A DNA stretch of 63,993 nt, filler included, from Sanchytrium tribonematis (lineage: Eukaryota), in assembly GCA_018985235.1 (NCBI GenBank). It is 9 parts of 9 records of this genome, joined end to end, with 100 filler letters (N's around TTAATTAATTAA, not from the genome) between each part and the next. Parts side by side here need not be neighbours in the genome. Positions count along the whole stretch, not along the records: positions 19,725 to 24,535 come from JADGIG010000676.1; positions 24,636 to 29,436 come from JADGIG010000677.1; positions 29,537 to 55,078 come from JADGIG010000066.1; 6 more parts are not named here. One strand, 5' to 3'. Both the position numbers and the translations under genes were made by a program. Under the pieces are notes generated by a model, which made no database searches, was not told the origin of the DNA, and was given only the letters and a program-made list of their open reading frames with translations. Each line of letters begins with the position of its first letter. Within the stretch, counting starts at the first letter, position 1. Below, one piece after another: positions 21,154-32,545 of this stretch.

Positions 21154-21659
21154 TTCAAGGAGACAAGAGTGATCGATTCTTTTTGACCTCATCCAAAGGT
21201 GATCGGTTTGAGCAAAGATCATCCTAAATCATGGTCACTTGTAATCAAGATGCTGATAACTGAGTATGTACGCGCACCAGAGGCATTTGAACTTTAATAC
21301 AATTATGATAGAGCATATTTTTGAAATTAAGAATAGAGACGCAACTTGAATCTGCAATGATGCAGAATTTATCAAGTTTCGAATTAACGTAATTAAATAG
21401 CATGACTCAAATTAACAAGGTATAAATGATTGATCCCAAATTGTCAAGGGGATTTCTTGTAGTCAAATCTCGACAAAGTCTGCCTAGGCTCCTTTATTTG
21501 GCGACTCGAAAAAAAAATTTATTTATGGATTTGAAAATCGAAGGGCTAGATTAGTGAATTGATTTAATTTATTTACTTATGTACAAGTAATGATATTTTT
21601 ATATTAAGAGAGTACAATTATTAAATGGTCATTTAAATAATTTAAAATACAAAGTGTAC

Positions 21660-22313
21660 TTACTTCTGTTCGGATTTTAAAATGTGAAAATTGGGATCGT
21701 TGAGCTGATTTGTAAGTCTTTTTTCAAAATATTTTTTAGAACTATTTTCGCCATTTAATTTAAAATATTCTATTGTTCCGCATTTGTCTGCCTTTTTGAT
21801 ATCCTGGTTTAATTCAAATAACATCGCAGCATCATACCACGCGCCAATAATTTGGTCAATGGTGGAAGTCGTGGGACAAATCGTTCCCAATAAAGTATGG
21901 TCAAATTTGAGTAATTCATAGTCACAGTTACAAACAAATTCAAACTGCTGTTCTTTTAAGATATCTAATAATGCTAAAACAGGATATATTCGAACTCGTG
22001 GTCCAAATGCTTTGACAAATATAGGATCTCTGCCTCGCGAACTTAATTTAAATTGTACAGCCATAAAATCATCTACAATCTCTTCTAATAAAGGCGTTAT
22101 TTTAGAAATTTCTGTTGAATTGCAATTGTATAAATCCATGGAAATAGTAGTCAAGGTATCTCTTTTCTTTAATTGTTGTGCAAAAGAAGTTGGATCTCTA
22201 GTAAAGTTGAGTGATGATTTGGTATAATTCATACTTAATAAGGTGGCATTCGTGCTATTAACAGTGGGTGTATGACTCGGATCACAACCAAATAGAAGTG
22301 AAAATATCAGCAT
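21660..22313 (-). CDS. Small secreted hypothetical protein
   Basis: MLIFSLLFG signal-like start, N-glycosylation sequons, KKR dibasic site, several Cys. Confidence 0.55.
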   Translation of the reverse strand: MLIFSLLFGCDPSHTPTVNSTNATLLSMNYTKSSLNFTRDPTSFAQQLKKRDTLTTISMDLYNCNSTEISKITPLLEEIVDDFMAVQFKLSSRGRDPIFVKAFGPRVRIYPVLALLDILKEQQFEFVCNCDYELLKFDHTLLGTICPTTSTIDQIIGAWYDAAMLFELNQDIKKADKCGTIEYFKLNGENSSKKYFEKRLTNQLNDPNFHILKSEQK

Positions 22314-22652
22314 CACCTCCTTACTCCTTCTGACTTTGAATTTTCATACACGTTGTCCCAGTCATTTGATAATTTATCCAATGTAATAACATGAGAATGT
22401 GTCGAAATTTCCACTGGAAGCGATTTGACTATAATTATAAATCTATTAAGTAGCTGCGTAGAGAAATGCAAACATTCAAATTATACATTTGCAAAAGAAT
22501 TGGGCCTTGAATAACAGAATCACCGTGTCAGCAACACAGAATCTGTTATGTCTATTTTTTTATTTCTTTGGCTAATTGTGCCAATCAAAATCCCTTATAA
22601 CTATATTACCAAGAGATTTTTATGTTAAATTTGGGCCATCCTTGTTGCCTAC

Positions 22653-23693
22653 ATGCGATTGATTCTGCTATTTCTTGCCTTTTCTACTTTGAGACGGCGA
22701 AAGGTGAGACAACATCCGATCCCAGAAATTCCAATTTCAACGACTGGTAAGCCCAGAGTTTACTTGTTCTTTGATGGAACTTCTAACTACCAGTACAGGA
22801 GCAAAAACGGAAAGAAGACTGGAACGGACACTAACATCTACAAGATGTTCAATATGCTTGGATCAGAAGAAATGCAATATGACATTGGCAGTTTAAACAA
22901 GGAAGGAACTCCCACATACTATAAAATCAATAAAGAAAAAGGATTTTACGCGGTATACGTCAGTGGTGTGGGAGTCGGGCCGGAAGGAAGAGTACTGCCT
23001 CTTAAAGTATTGACTGGCGAAGGCGTCGATTTACGAGCTGAAATTGGATACAAATTTTTGGTTGATATGTTTACAAACGAAGGAATCACACCGGAGAATA
23101 TGGAACTTTCCATGTTCGGATTTAGCAGAGGTGCGACCGTAACCAGAATGTTGGCAACTTATTTGGATTTGTATGGAGTAAGTGCTGAAAATTTAGGTGG
23201 AAAGCCACTTACAAAATTCGAGGCAACATTTAGAAACCCTAAAATTCCTAGTGTTGTTGGTCAAAAAGTGAAAATTGATTTTATGGGACTGCTTGACAGT
23301 GTTGCAGCAATTAAACCACTTCCAGGCCGCAACTCTAAAAATTTGGCAAAATTGTCAATCGAAATTCCCAAATGTGTCGTTAAAGTGGCGCACGCTGTTG
23401 CACTTCACGAATACCGTAGAGAATTCAATTATGATACAATTGGAAGTGGTGAAGGTAAAACGGAGACTTTCTTCGCGGGCTCGCACTCGGATATTGGTGG
23501 ATTTGGCGGAAGAGATCGCGGGAAATTAACTGAAAACTATTTGAACGAGCTTGGAAATTTGGTTGATATCAATCCTACCCCGTCGTTGGGTTCTGTCGGA
23601 GATTCAGATATGTCACGGATGGAAAAAATGAGAGACGAATTGAAGAAAATATCATTGAATTCTAAACTAGAAAATTCAAAAATGTACGGATGA
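22653..23693 (+). CDS. DUF2235/Tle1-like alpha/beta-hydrolase (phospholipase) with signal peptide
   Basis: LFFDGT, TNIYK, YVSGVG, FGFSRGA (nucleophile elbow), GLLDSV, HAVALHEYR, FAGSHSDIGG. Confidence 0.85.
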   Translation: MRLILLFLAFSTLRRRKVRQHPIPEIPISTTGKPRVYLFFDGTSNYQYRSKNGKKTGTDTNIYKMFNMLGSEEMQYDIGSLNKEGTPTYYKINKEKGFYAVYVSGVGVGPEGRVLPLKVLTGEGVDLRAEIGYKFLVDMFTNEGITPENMELSMFGFSRGATVTRMLATYLDLYGVSAENLGGKPLTKFEATFRNPKIPSVVGQKVKIDFMGLLDSVAAIKPLPGRNSKNLAKLSIEIPKCVVKVAHAVALHEYRREFNYDTIGSGEGKTETFFAGSHSDIGGFGGRDRGKLTENYLNELGNLVDINPTPSLGSVGDSDMSRMEKMRDELKKISLNSKLENSKMYG

Positions 23694-24452
23694 CAATTGG
23701 GACTTTTGACCAGATTATTTGACCCAAATCATTTAGCTCCTAGTACAGCTGATTTAATGACAAAATACGGTATAGATATCTCAAGTTTAAATGATCAAAG
23801 CACTTACGATGAGTTATTACGACAGCAAAATGAAGAGATTGAGCCCAGACTCAAAATCGAATAAATTCTTTTTAGTCTTATGTGTGCAGGTTGTTATATA
23901 GACTTTTCACATATTTCTGCTCAAATAAGTAGCAAAATTTAAAGTGAAATGAGCTGCTTGTTGAGTAGGGGCAGACATGAAGCAAAAATTTGGCATTTTC
24001 TTCCATTTTTATACCTCAAATACCAGTATTTGCTCTCAATTCTTCAAATTCAATTAATTTAAATTCGTTATAAAAATGACTCCCAATTTATTAAAATCGA
24101 TTGGTTTCAATTTAAGGATATACCAATTTCGGAAAAAATTAAAAAGGGTTTGAACTATGTTACATCTATTTTGTCATGTAATAATGAGTTATCATGTGCT
24201 TGCGGTACTAAAGTGGTTTTAAATTTTATTTATACATTGTACTTTGGATTTAAAATTTTAACCATAAAGTAACTCTAAAATATTTATTAACAATACTTTT
24301 GTAGCTGTTGGAAAGCATTCAGTATGTCGGGGTCCATTCATAGCGTGTAAAGAGCAACAAAGAGACTTTTTCTATCTATCCAATCACAGATTCTTTGCAA
24401 TTATTTGACAGGATGTATTTGATGTAAAAAGAGATTCAGCCTCAAATAACAA

Positions 24453-24535
24453 ATGCGAATTATTCTATTGCTTCTTGCTTACGCTGTTTTGCGAAGGCGA
24501 AAGCCAACACCAACATTGAAACTTGAAAACCTCGT
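24453..24535 (+). CDS. 5' end of a gene with the same leader as the Tle1-like gene, truncated by contig end
   Basis: MRIILLLLAYAVLRRRKPTP versus MRLILLFLAFSTLRRRKVRQ at 22653. Confidence 0.6.
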
Positions 24536-24755
24536 NNNNNNNNNNNNNNNNNNNNNNNNNNNNNNNNNNNNNNNNNNNNTTAATTAATTAANNNNNNNNN
24601 NNNNNNNNNNNNNNNNNNNNNNNNNNNNNNNNNNNCCAATTGATCATATCCCATCTTGGTTTGTGATATTCAATGTGAATGCACCCAATAAACTGCCTCA
24701 AGAATCATCTGATGCAATGTTGGTGGACTGGTTACAATTTACGAAAAATAAAACA

Positions 24756-25586
24756 TTATTTACTTCTTCTTTTATATTTAGATCCAGTGGGTTTCTCATG
24801 TTGCAATTTAAGTTTCTTCACTTCCTTCACGCCATCTTCATCAATAAATGGCAATCCTAATCCACTCAGAACAGTTCTCATTTGCCAATCTGTGAATGCA
24901 CTGGTTTTGAATAAAACTGTAAATGGATAGAATTTTTGAGATTCAATAGCAGGAATTGCATCATAAGCATATTCTAACTCAGGGAATGAGCCAATAACTT
25001 GGTTTGGCAGCAAACATTCAAAATCCCCCTGATGATTGCCTTTTTTGTTAAATCCATACCAATTCTTCCACTTGGGAAGCACCAAAGTAGTCAATTTATT
25101 CATAAATTCATACATTAATGGGCCTTGTAAGTGGGTTTGAATGCCAATTGGTTTCCCCATCACTTTTCTATGCAGCAAGCTCTTATTAAATGCATATTTA
25201 AATGTTGGTTTGACACCTGTGATTAATGCTTGTTGCGTGTAAATACTCGTTAGAGCATCATCTGTCATTGGCTTTTTATCAGTTAGATTTGATTGAAATT
25301 TGATGATAATATCTGTCAATTGTGGGACATTTTCATTTGTCATATTGGGCAATGGGTGATTGACATGTCTGTTAAATGGAATTCTTTTGACTTTGTGATA
25401 TTTTGCGTTTCTTTCATTGATGCCTTGATAAATTGGGACTGCTGGATAATATTCTGGAATAGAGGGTGTTTTGTGAGTGAATGACAGAGCCATGATGTCG
25501 GATTGTAATGATGTATAGTAGAAATTGGACAATCTCGTTTGCCAAATTTTCTCCATTTGTTTGGCACGGAGATCGTCAAATATCAT
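24756..25586 (-). CDS. Mitochondrial ribosomal protein uL5m (MRPL7-like)
   Basis: LQSDIMALSF, ITGVKP, PIG....L.G..MYEF..KL..LVLP, FPELE, LSGLGLPF. Confidence 0.75.
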   Translation of the reverse strand: MIFDDLRAKQMEKIWQTRLSNFYYTSLQSDIMALSFTHKTPSIPEYYPAVPIYQGINERNAKYHKVKRIPFNRHVNHPLPNMTNENVPQLTDIIIKFQSNLTDKKPMTDDALTSIYTQQALITGVKPTFKYAFNKSLLHRKVMGKPIGIQTHLQGPLMYEFMNKLTTLVLPKWKNWYGFNKKGNHQGDFECLLPNQVIGSFPELEYAYDAIPAIESQKFYPFTVLFKTSAFTDWQMRTVLSGLGLPFIDEDGVKEVKKLKLQHEKPTGSKYKRRSK

Positions 25587-25623
25587 TTTGAAGTAGATTG
25601 TAAAGAAAAAATACAATTTTATA

Positions 25624-26226
25624 CTATTTATTAATAGGCGATTTCATAGTTGGAAGCATTGGCTTATTTACTTTTCTTGCAGAAGGTAGATCAAATTTTA
25701 AGCGTTTGTTGAGCGTAGGACTCGGTAGAATAGGGAAATTCTTATGTAGTTTGGGGCTTGATTTGTTTGATTTTGAATTTTTGTAATTTTTTGTGCTTTT
25801 TGCACTCTTTGGCGACTTCTTTTTCGACGATTTGTCAGATTTTTCGGATGATTTGCTTTTTGCAGAGGAAGGACGTGATGGTATAGAGATAGTTGGCTTT
25901 TTTTTGTGCTCTGGAAATAACGATTTGACATGGATTGGCTGATATCCGTTGCCAAATTCATATAATTCTATTTTTGATGATAATACGCAGAATCTATTTA
26001 ACAACTTGAGGTCATTACTTTGAGTAACAAATGCACCTAATTCTTCTTCGCATTCACATGCAATTACATTACCATTACATCCGTCAAAATAGCCTAACAA
26101 TTCTTGTTCTTCTGACTGTTTGTTTGAGCTAGATCTAAACAATAAATAATCTGAAGAATGGGACTTGAGTTCAGAAGAATCATTGACGATGAGACCGCAA
26201 TTTTTACAAGTAAAAACAAAAGACAT
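25624..26226 (-). CDS. Mis18/Yippee-domain protein
   Basis: VFTCKNC...DS and a second C..C..ELG zinc knuckle, followed by a Ser/Lys-rich tail. Confidence 0.6.
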   Translation of the reverse strand: MSFVFTCKNCGLIVNDSSELKSHSSDYLLFRSSSNKQSEEQELLGYFDGCNGNVIACECEEELGAFVTQSNDLKLLNRFCVLSSKIELYEFGNGYQPIHVKSLFPEHKKKPTISIPSRPSSAKSKSSEKSDKSSKKKSPKSAKSTKNYKNSKSNKSSPKLHKNFPILPSPTLNKRLKFDLPSARKVNKPMLPTMKSPINK

Positions 26227-26298
26227 TTGGGTGTTTCAACTCCAATAGCCCATGAAATCGAAAATTAAGATTTATTTGCTTTAAAAGTCATTCTCTTT

Positions 26299-26745
26299 AT
26301 GTCCTTGATCAGTCGAGTATGTCATGTGAATGTGCTACGAATTTCTTTAAATAGAGATAGATATCGCCAAGAATTTGCCATTTATATAGACTGTGGATCA
26401 ATGTCACGTGAAATTCCAATCAGAAAAATTAATTGCCAAAACGTGGGGATGCACATTCAATATTGCAAATATGGATCGGATGAGATACTGATTTGCAGTC
26501 GGTCGGGAAAAATTGGGTCAATTTACGAGGTGGGCAAAGGTATTCCAAATTCACTTTTTGGTGGCTCTGCGACAACACTAGCTGAATGGGATAGCCAAAT
26601 CGAGTCAAATTTGATGGGAATAGAGTCACTGATAGAACACCTGAACATCAAAGGGTATTTAATGACAGATTTGATATCTTTTACCAAAGAGCAACTTTTA
26701 GTCACTTTAAGAGAAATCGAAGTTGTTTTAAAGAATAAATCGTAA
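26299..26745 (+). CDS. Hypothetical protein (148 aa)
   Basis: ATG-initiated ORF divergent from the Mis18-like gene; no motif recognised. Confidence 0.4.
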   Translation: MSLISRVCHVNVLRISLNRDRYRQEFAIYIDCGSMSREIPIRKINCQNVGMHIQYCKYGSDEILICSRSGKIGSIYEVGKGIPNSLFGGSATTLAEWDSQIESNLMGIESLIEHLNIKGYLMTDLISFTKEQLLVTLREIEVVLKNKS

Positions 26746-26840
26746 ATGCTTTTGGTAATTCGACATTTTTACTCGATTTTGGTTAGTACACTCGCCTAAG
26801 CTACATTCTTTCGACATCTAAAACGGAGAAAACATTGAAG

Positions 26841-27512
26841 ATGACATCTAAAATCAACAGTATTGGAATTCTAGCACTACAGGGTGCATTTGAAGAACAT
26901 AAAGATATTTTAATTAAACTAAAATGTCCTAATCACTATGTAAGAACCTCAAATGAACTGTGGAAAGCGGATGGCCTCATTATTCCAGGTGGGGAATCAA
27001 CTGCAATGGCATTAATCGCACAAACAAGTGATTTATGGAACGAATTGTTGAAATACTCAAAAGAAAGACCCATTTATGGCACATGTGCTGGTTTAATATT
27101 AATGGCGAAAATTGTGGACCATCAAAAGCAAAATGGACAATCCACATTGGGGTGCATGGATATACGTGTAGATAGAAACTTTTTTGGATCACAAATTGCA
27201 TCATTTGGCATGCAATTGCAGGTCAATTTTCCAAAGGAATCTAAATCATTTTATGCTTATTTCATTCGTGCGCCTATTGTTGAGCAGATTTTAAGTAATA
27301 AGGTTATTGTCCTAAGTCAATTGACTCCAGAAACAGTTGAAAAGCATAAAAAATTTGATGGTCACGATTTAAAAGAAAATCAATTCATTATTGCAGTTCA
27401 GCAAGGCAATCATTTGGCAACTACATTTCACCCAGAATTGGCTAATTGCACAATGTGGCATGAATATTTTATTAATATCGTAATAAATCATCTAAGCACC
27501 TACGGACTATAA
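26841..27512 (+). CDS. PDX2: Pyridoxal 5'-phosphate synthase glutaminase subunit
   Basis: GILALQGAF.EH, PGGEST, GTCAG, RNFFGSQ, FIRAP, FHPEL. Confidence 0.92.
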   Translation: MTSKINSIGILALQGAFEEHKDILIKLKCPNHYVRTSNELWKADGLIIPGGESTAMALIAQTSDLWNELLKYSKERPIYGTCAGLILMAKIVDHQKQNGQSTLGCMDIRVDRNFFGSQIASFGMQLQVNFPKESKSFYAYFIRAPIVEQILSNKVIVLSQLTPETVEKHKKFDGHDLKENQFIIAVQQGNHLATTFHPELANCTMWHEYFINIVINHLSTYGL

Positions 27513-27543
27513 CAAATATTGCATTTTTTTCCTGTGAAACAAA

Positions 27544-28368
27544 ATGAGCGACTCCATGAATTGCTCTATTTCTTCACTCCATCTTCAAAAACCACATTTA
27601 ATATCCGTCCAACCTACATCCTCTATTGCAAATGTATTGCAAATTCTTAAAGATAAAAACATCACATCCATCCCCATTCAATCCCATTCAGATAAATTAA
27701 AATTCATGGGCATCATTTCTGCATTTGATATTTGCGTATATCTATTACGCAACCCTCAAGCATTTACGCACCATATTGAAAGTGCCCTCAGCTTGGATTC
27801 TAATGATGAGTCTTTTCGATTAAATCAAGTAGATGGCTACGAAACTTTAAAATCAGTGATGCAGGAATTGACAAAATCACATCGCTTATTAGTGCACGAT
27901 CAGTTTTATTATTTAATATCTCAATCAGATATTATTCGACATTTGTACACATCGGAAGTGAATTTAAATTTACAATCTAAGAATTTGAGAGATTTGTCGC
28001 CAAATAGATCCATTAAATCACTAAGTAGTAAAATGACTGCTAAAGAGGCATTTCAACAACTGAAAATATCCAATCATTTGGCATTACCCATTATTGATCA
28101 AAATAATGAATTTGTGCACGTTTTAAGTAGTTCTGATACACGTGGACTTTCACAGAATAGTATGACACTGTTGGAGTTAAATATTTTAGAATATTTGCGA
28201 GAGATCAAAAAAATGAAACCAACAACTGCAAAATTAGAAGATTCTTTGAAATATGTTATGAAATGCTCTGTTGATAATCTTGCACATCGCACATTTATTT
28301 TAGAGGATAACAAGGTGATTAATGTGGTATCTTTGACAGACATCATCAAATTATTTCTAAATAAATGA
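27544..28368 (+). CDS. Tandem CBS-domain protein (SDS23/AMPK-gamma-like)
   Basis: Four CBS-like motifs (GIISAFDI, LISQSDII, LSSSD, VVSLTDII). Confidence 0.75.
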   Translation: MSDSMNCSISSLHLQKPHLISVQPTSSIANVLQILKDKNITSIPIQSHSDKLKFMGIISAFDICVYLLRNPQAFTHHIESALSLDSNDESFRLNQVDGYETLKSVMQELTKSHRLLVHDQFYYLISQSDIIRHLYTSEVNLNLQSKNLRDLSPNRSIKSLSSKMTAKEAFQQLKISNHLALPIIDQNNEFVHVLSSSDTRGLSQNSMTLLELNILEYLREIKKMKPTTAKLEDSLKYVMKCSVDNLAHRTFILEDNKVINVVSLTDIIKLFLNK

Positions 28369-28372
28369 AACA

Positions 28373-29119
28373 ATGTTTCTTGTGACTTTGGGATTGAGCG
28401 TTTGTTTATTTTTGGGTTCATTTATAGTAGGGTATTTACCATTCTTTTTAACGATGGATACTACTAATATTAATATTGTATCTGCTGGTATATTATTGGG
28501 ATCTGGCTTGGGTGTGATTCTTCCAGAGGCGATTGAAGACGTTAAAAATTCACATACGATTGGGATAATGTTGATTTTAGGTTTTGTTGTAATGATGGGA
28601 GTAGATGTGATGCTATACAAACAACGTGGTTATGAAGTCATTGACATAACAGTCCATGATCATGCAGATCATCACTCAAATGGTTTAACAATCGGTTTAT
28701 TGATACACGCATTAGCAGATGGGATAGCCTTGGGGAGTGCTTGTGCAAGTAATGAAATTGATTTAGAATTGAGTGTGTTTTTGGCATTGGTCTTGCATAA
28801 AGGACCTACAGCATTTAGTTTATGTAGTTTATTAAGAAAGCAAGGATTTAATAAGAGCACGACTAGGCAGCATTTATTAATATTTAGCAGTACTAGTCCA
28901 ATTGGAACAATGGTGTCATTTTCAATTCTTCAATTTTTTGAAGTAAAAATGGAACAGATTGGATATTTACTACTATTTAGTGCAGGAACTTTTATTTATG
29001 TGGCGACTCTTCATGTTTTGCCAGAAATATTACCAGATAACAGGCATTTAGATAAAAAAACATTCATATTTCTGGTAATTGGAATTATAATTCCGAATCT
29101 AATAGAAATGATGCACTAG
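28373..29119 (+). CDS. ZIP-family metal transporter (ZIP9/ATX2-like)
   Basis: VILPEA, GLLIHALADGIALG, LHKGP, FSAGTFIYVA. Confidence 0.88.
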   Translation: MFLVTLGLSVCLFLGSFIVGYLPFFLTMDTTNINIVSAGILLGSGLGVILPEAIEDVKNSHTIGIMLILGFVVMMGVDVMLYKQRGYEVIDITVHDHADHHSNGLTIGLLIHALADGIALGSACASNEIDLELSVFLALVLHKGPTAFSLCSLLRKQGFNKSTTRQHLLIFSSTSPIGTMVSFSILQFFEVKMEQIGYLLLFSAGTFIYVATLHVLPEILPDNRHLDKKTFIFLVIGIIIPNLIEMMH

Positions 29120-29138
29120 AAAATAAAAGTTAATTTTA

Positions 29139-29436
<298 letters not shown>

Positions 29437-29536
29437 NNNNNNNNNNNNNNNNNNNNNNNNNNNNNNNNNNNNNNNNNNNNTTAATTAATTAANNNNNNNN
29501 NNNNNNNNNNNNNNNNNNNNNNNNNNNNNNNNNNNN

Positions 29537-31423
29537 TGAAATACGCTACGCATCTCATAAAAACCAGAGTTGACAGTTCCCACAAAACTAGCAGTGCTCT
29601 TTTGTCCAGATCTAGAACTGATTTCATCCCCATGAGACACGTCAATTCCAACAATCATGGTCGGTTCCTTTTGGAATGGACCATAACTGGATTTGTCCAA
29701 TTCCCAAGCAGCACATCTTTTGCCTTTATTCTAAGTTAAATTACATTACATAACTTAATTTCTCATTAATTTTGAGTAAAAGGTTTGTACAATACTGTGG
29801 ATTCACAGTAATTCTTCCTCTAATCTCCTTAAATTTAGCGCCATCAAGAAACTGAGTTAAAATAATACTTCCGCCAAAAAAACTTGTAGTCTCAGTCAAA
29901 CGTTTCATATGATTGTAAACACCGCACGTTTGTGATGGTGAAATACAAAAGAGAATCTGAGGAATGCTTTTATAAAAGCCACGAGCTGCCGTAGCAGCTT
30001 CCTTCAAGGCATTTTCTGCAATTTCCTCAAATTGAACATATGGTCTATTTGGGTTAATTGGACAATCAATAATAATTGGTTTCCCTCTTGGAAACTGCAC
30101 TCCGTGGCCTCTGGCCACTTTTTGAATATTCTGAATAAGATTCTGCTCCACACTTTCCTTTGAGACAAAGTGTGTAAAGTTAACGATGGCATAGCTGGTA
30201 ATTGCACATGGGAACGCAAACGGTACATTTCTCAGTTCGATAGCATTGCTGCTACCTAAGCGACCGGCTTTACCTTTTACTAAAGGCTTCGGCGGATCTA
30301 AAAATCTTCCAGGAATTTTCATCAAATCTCTGTCGATCGAAAATCTTGTACCATTACGAATTTGAAGGCATTCAGTTTTAAGAGCATTCAGAATATACTT
30401 CTTACGATCTTCGGGTCTAAGACAAGTCTCGCGACGGATAGCGTTCACATCCGGTACGGGTTTTTCATATGTTTGATAAGGTGCAATTTTTAACAGCTCC
30501 GGTGGATAGAAGGTGTTTTTAGCTTTGTTGACACAAACCAAATTGGTTGTGGGGTACCTTAATTTTATACCCTTGCTCTGAAAGTATTGAGCTACTGAAA
30601 TTTGCTTTCCTTCGCCAACGTCGATCTTAAAATTATTTGCATTCAAGTTCGAGATACCTACAATCCTTGCATTTTTCCTCAAAGTAGTATTAGCTAGAAT
30701 TTCAACTTTAATACCCTTAAACTCTTGCTGTAATTGTGAAGCGCTTCTTAATTTTGATTCATTGAAGGCGTCGAGCAAATTAATTTCCTTGAAGAAAGTT
30801 TTGTATTTTGCATCCACATTTAAAATCAACCCAGATTTTGCAACTTTGGTGTTGCACTGAATGCCTTTCATCATGTAAAGGCAAGTATTTCGAACATCGA
30901 AAACATCAAGCGGATTGAGCATCCCAACACCCATGACTAATCTTTTAAAAGTAGGGTCAAATTTAATTAAAACATCACAAGCTTGCAATAAATCTTGAAC
31001 CTCGCTACTATCCAAATCAGAATCTGTGTTGAGCCATGTAAGTAGATCTTGCAAGTTCCTTTTTACTGTAAACTTAAGCTCCATCGGTACTAAATTTTCT
31101 TCGGCTGACTGCGTTTCTCGATTAAATCGCATTCCCAGCGGCACCTGATATAATTTATCCAAATCAGGTGTGAATGAAATAATCAAGTTGCCACTTGCAA
31201 AAACCTTCTCCTTTTTTAAAATCATTTTAATAAATGCATTAACATGCTCATCCCTCTCCCTCTTTTTCATTGGAACTATAGAACCATCCTTGTCTTTTTT
31301 CTCAGTGGCCAGGTGGTAAATATATAAAGGAATCGTTGGCAATGCCTTAATTTTAACATGGTTGGTAGTCACTAATACTTTTCTACCAGCATTTCCTTCT
31401 TCATGAATGGGTCTTGTGGACAT
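29537..31423 (-). CDS. Argonaute paralogue 1, two exons, 3' truncated by contig edge
   Basis: N/L1/PAZ (ISVAQYF..KLRYP, YPPELL), MID ([18 protein letters not shown]), PIWI start (MIVGIDVSH); intron 29731-29749. Confidence 0.92.
29731..29749 (-). other. 19-nt spliceosomal intron (Argonaute 1)
   Basis: GTAATGTAATTTAACTTAG; removal joins KINEKLSY to NKGKRCAAW...GIDVSH in frame; same position in the paralogue. Confidence 0.9.
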
Positions 31424-31460
31424 GTCTAATGACTGTTACAAAAATCTCCGGGTTACGATT

Positions 31461-32498
31461 ATGTTCTGTCGAATTTTAAGAAATAGAGTGGCCCAATTAA
31501 GAGAAACGTTAAAGTCTGATACCACACAATTTGATGAATTTATAAGAATGGGTCAGAACAGTGCTTTAAAACGAGAGAGATTACCTGAATGGCTCAGGGG
31601 AATTAAAGCAAATACAAACTCTAAATTAATTAAAGATTTACGAAGCAGATCATTGCACACTGTCTGCGAAGAAGCCAAATGTCCGAATATAAATGAGTGC
31701 TGGAGTGGCGGTACTGCCACAATAATGTTGATGGGTGGGGAATGTACAAGAGCCTGCAGATTCTGCAGCGTCAAAACAAGTCGAAATCCTAAACCATTGG
31801 ATCCAAACGAACCTCAAGAAACGGCGGAAGTGGTGGATAATTGGTACAAAAAAGGATTCAAGTACGTGGTCCTGACAAGTGTTGACCGTGACGATTTAAT
31901 GGATTTTGGAGCTCATCATTTTGCACAGACTGTTACACAGATATTGTCTACAACACCTAATATGCTTGTTGAATGCTTAGTTGGTGACCATCAAAACGAC
32001 AAGGACTGTATCAAATTATTGGTCGATTCGAAAATGCATGTTTTTGCTCATAATATAGAGACAGTTGAAAGATGCACTCCATTTGTTAGAGATAGGAGAG
32101 CCAAATACCGGCAATCTATGGAGGTCCTCCAATTTGCCAAAAGATATAGTTTAAAAGCAAGGAAAGATAGAATGTTGACGAAATCGTCAATTATGCTTGG
32201 TTGCGGTGAAACAGAATCCGAGATAATTCAAACTTTAAGGGATTTAAGAAAACACGATGTCGACGTTGTAACTTTGGGACAATACATGCAGCCCACAAAA
32301 GGGCATTTAAAAGTTGTTAAGTATTATTCACCTAAAGAGTTTAAACATTACGAGAATATTGCAAACGATTTGGGCTTTAAGTACGTTGCGTCTGGTCCTC
32401 TAGTTCGTAGTAGTTACAAGGCGGGCGAATATTATATCGAAAACATGCTTAGAGGAAATAACAAGCAGAATTTTACAAGTGGTGAAAACAAGTTATAG
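31461..32498 (+). CDS. LIP5: Mitochondrial lipoyl synthase
   Basis: [26 protein letters not shown]; likely ATG at 31461. Confidence 0.95.
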   Translation: MFCRILRNRVAQLRETLKSDTTQFDEFIRMGQNSALKRERLPEWLRGIKANTNSKLIKDLRSRSLHTVCEEAKCPNINECWSGGTATIMLMGGECTRACRFCSVKTSRNPKPLDPNEPQETAEVVDNWYKKGFKYVVLTSVDRDDLMDFGAHHFAQTVTQILSTTPNMLVECLVGDHQNDKDCIKLLVDSKMHVFAHNIETVERCTPFVRDRRAKYRQSMEVLQFAKRYSLKARKDRMLTKSSIMLGCGETESEIIQTLRDLRKHDVDVVTLGQYMQPTKGHLKVVKYYSPKEFKHYENIANDLGFKYVASGPLVRSSYKAGEYYIENMLRGNNKQNFTSGENKL

Positions 32499-32545
32499 TT
32501 TGGAAATTTATCAATAAATTTAACTCAAGGAAGTAGCATTTATTT

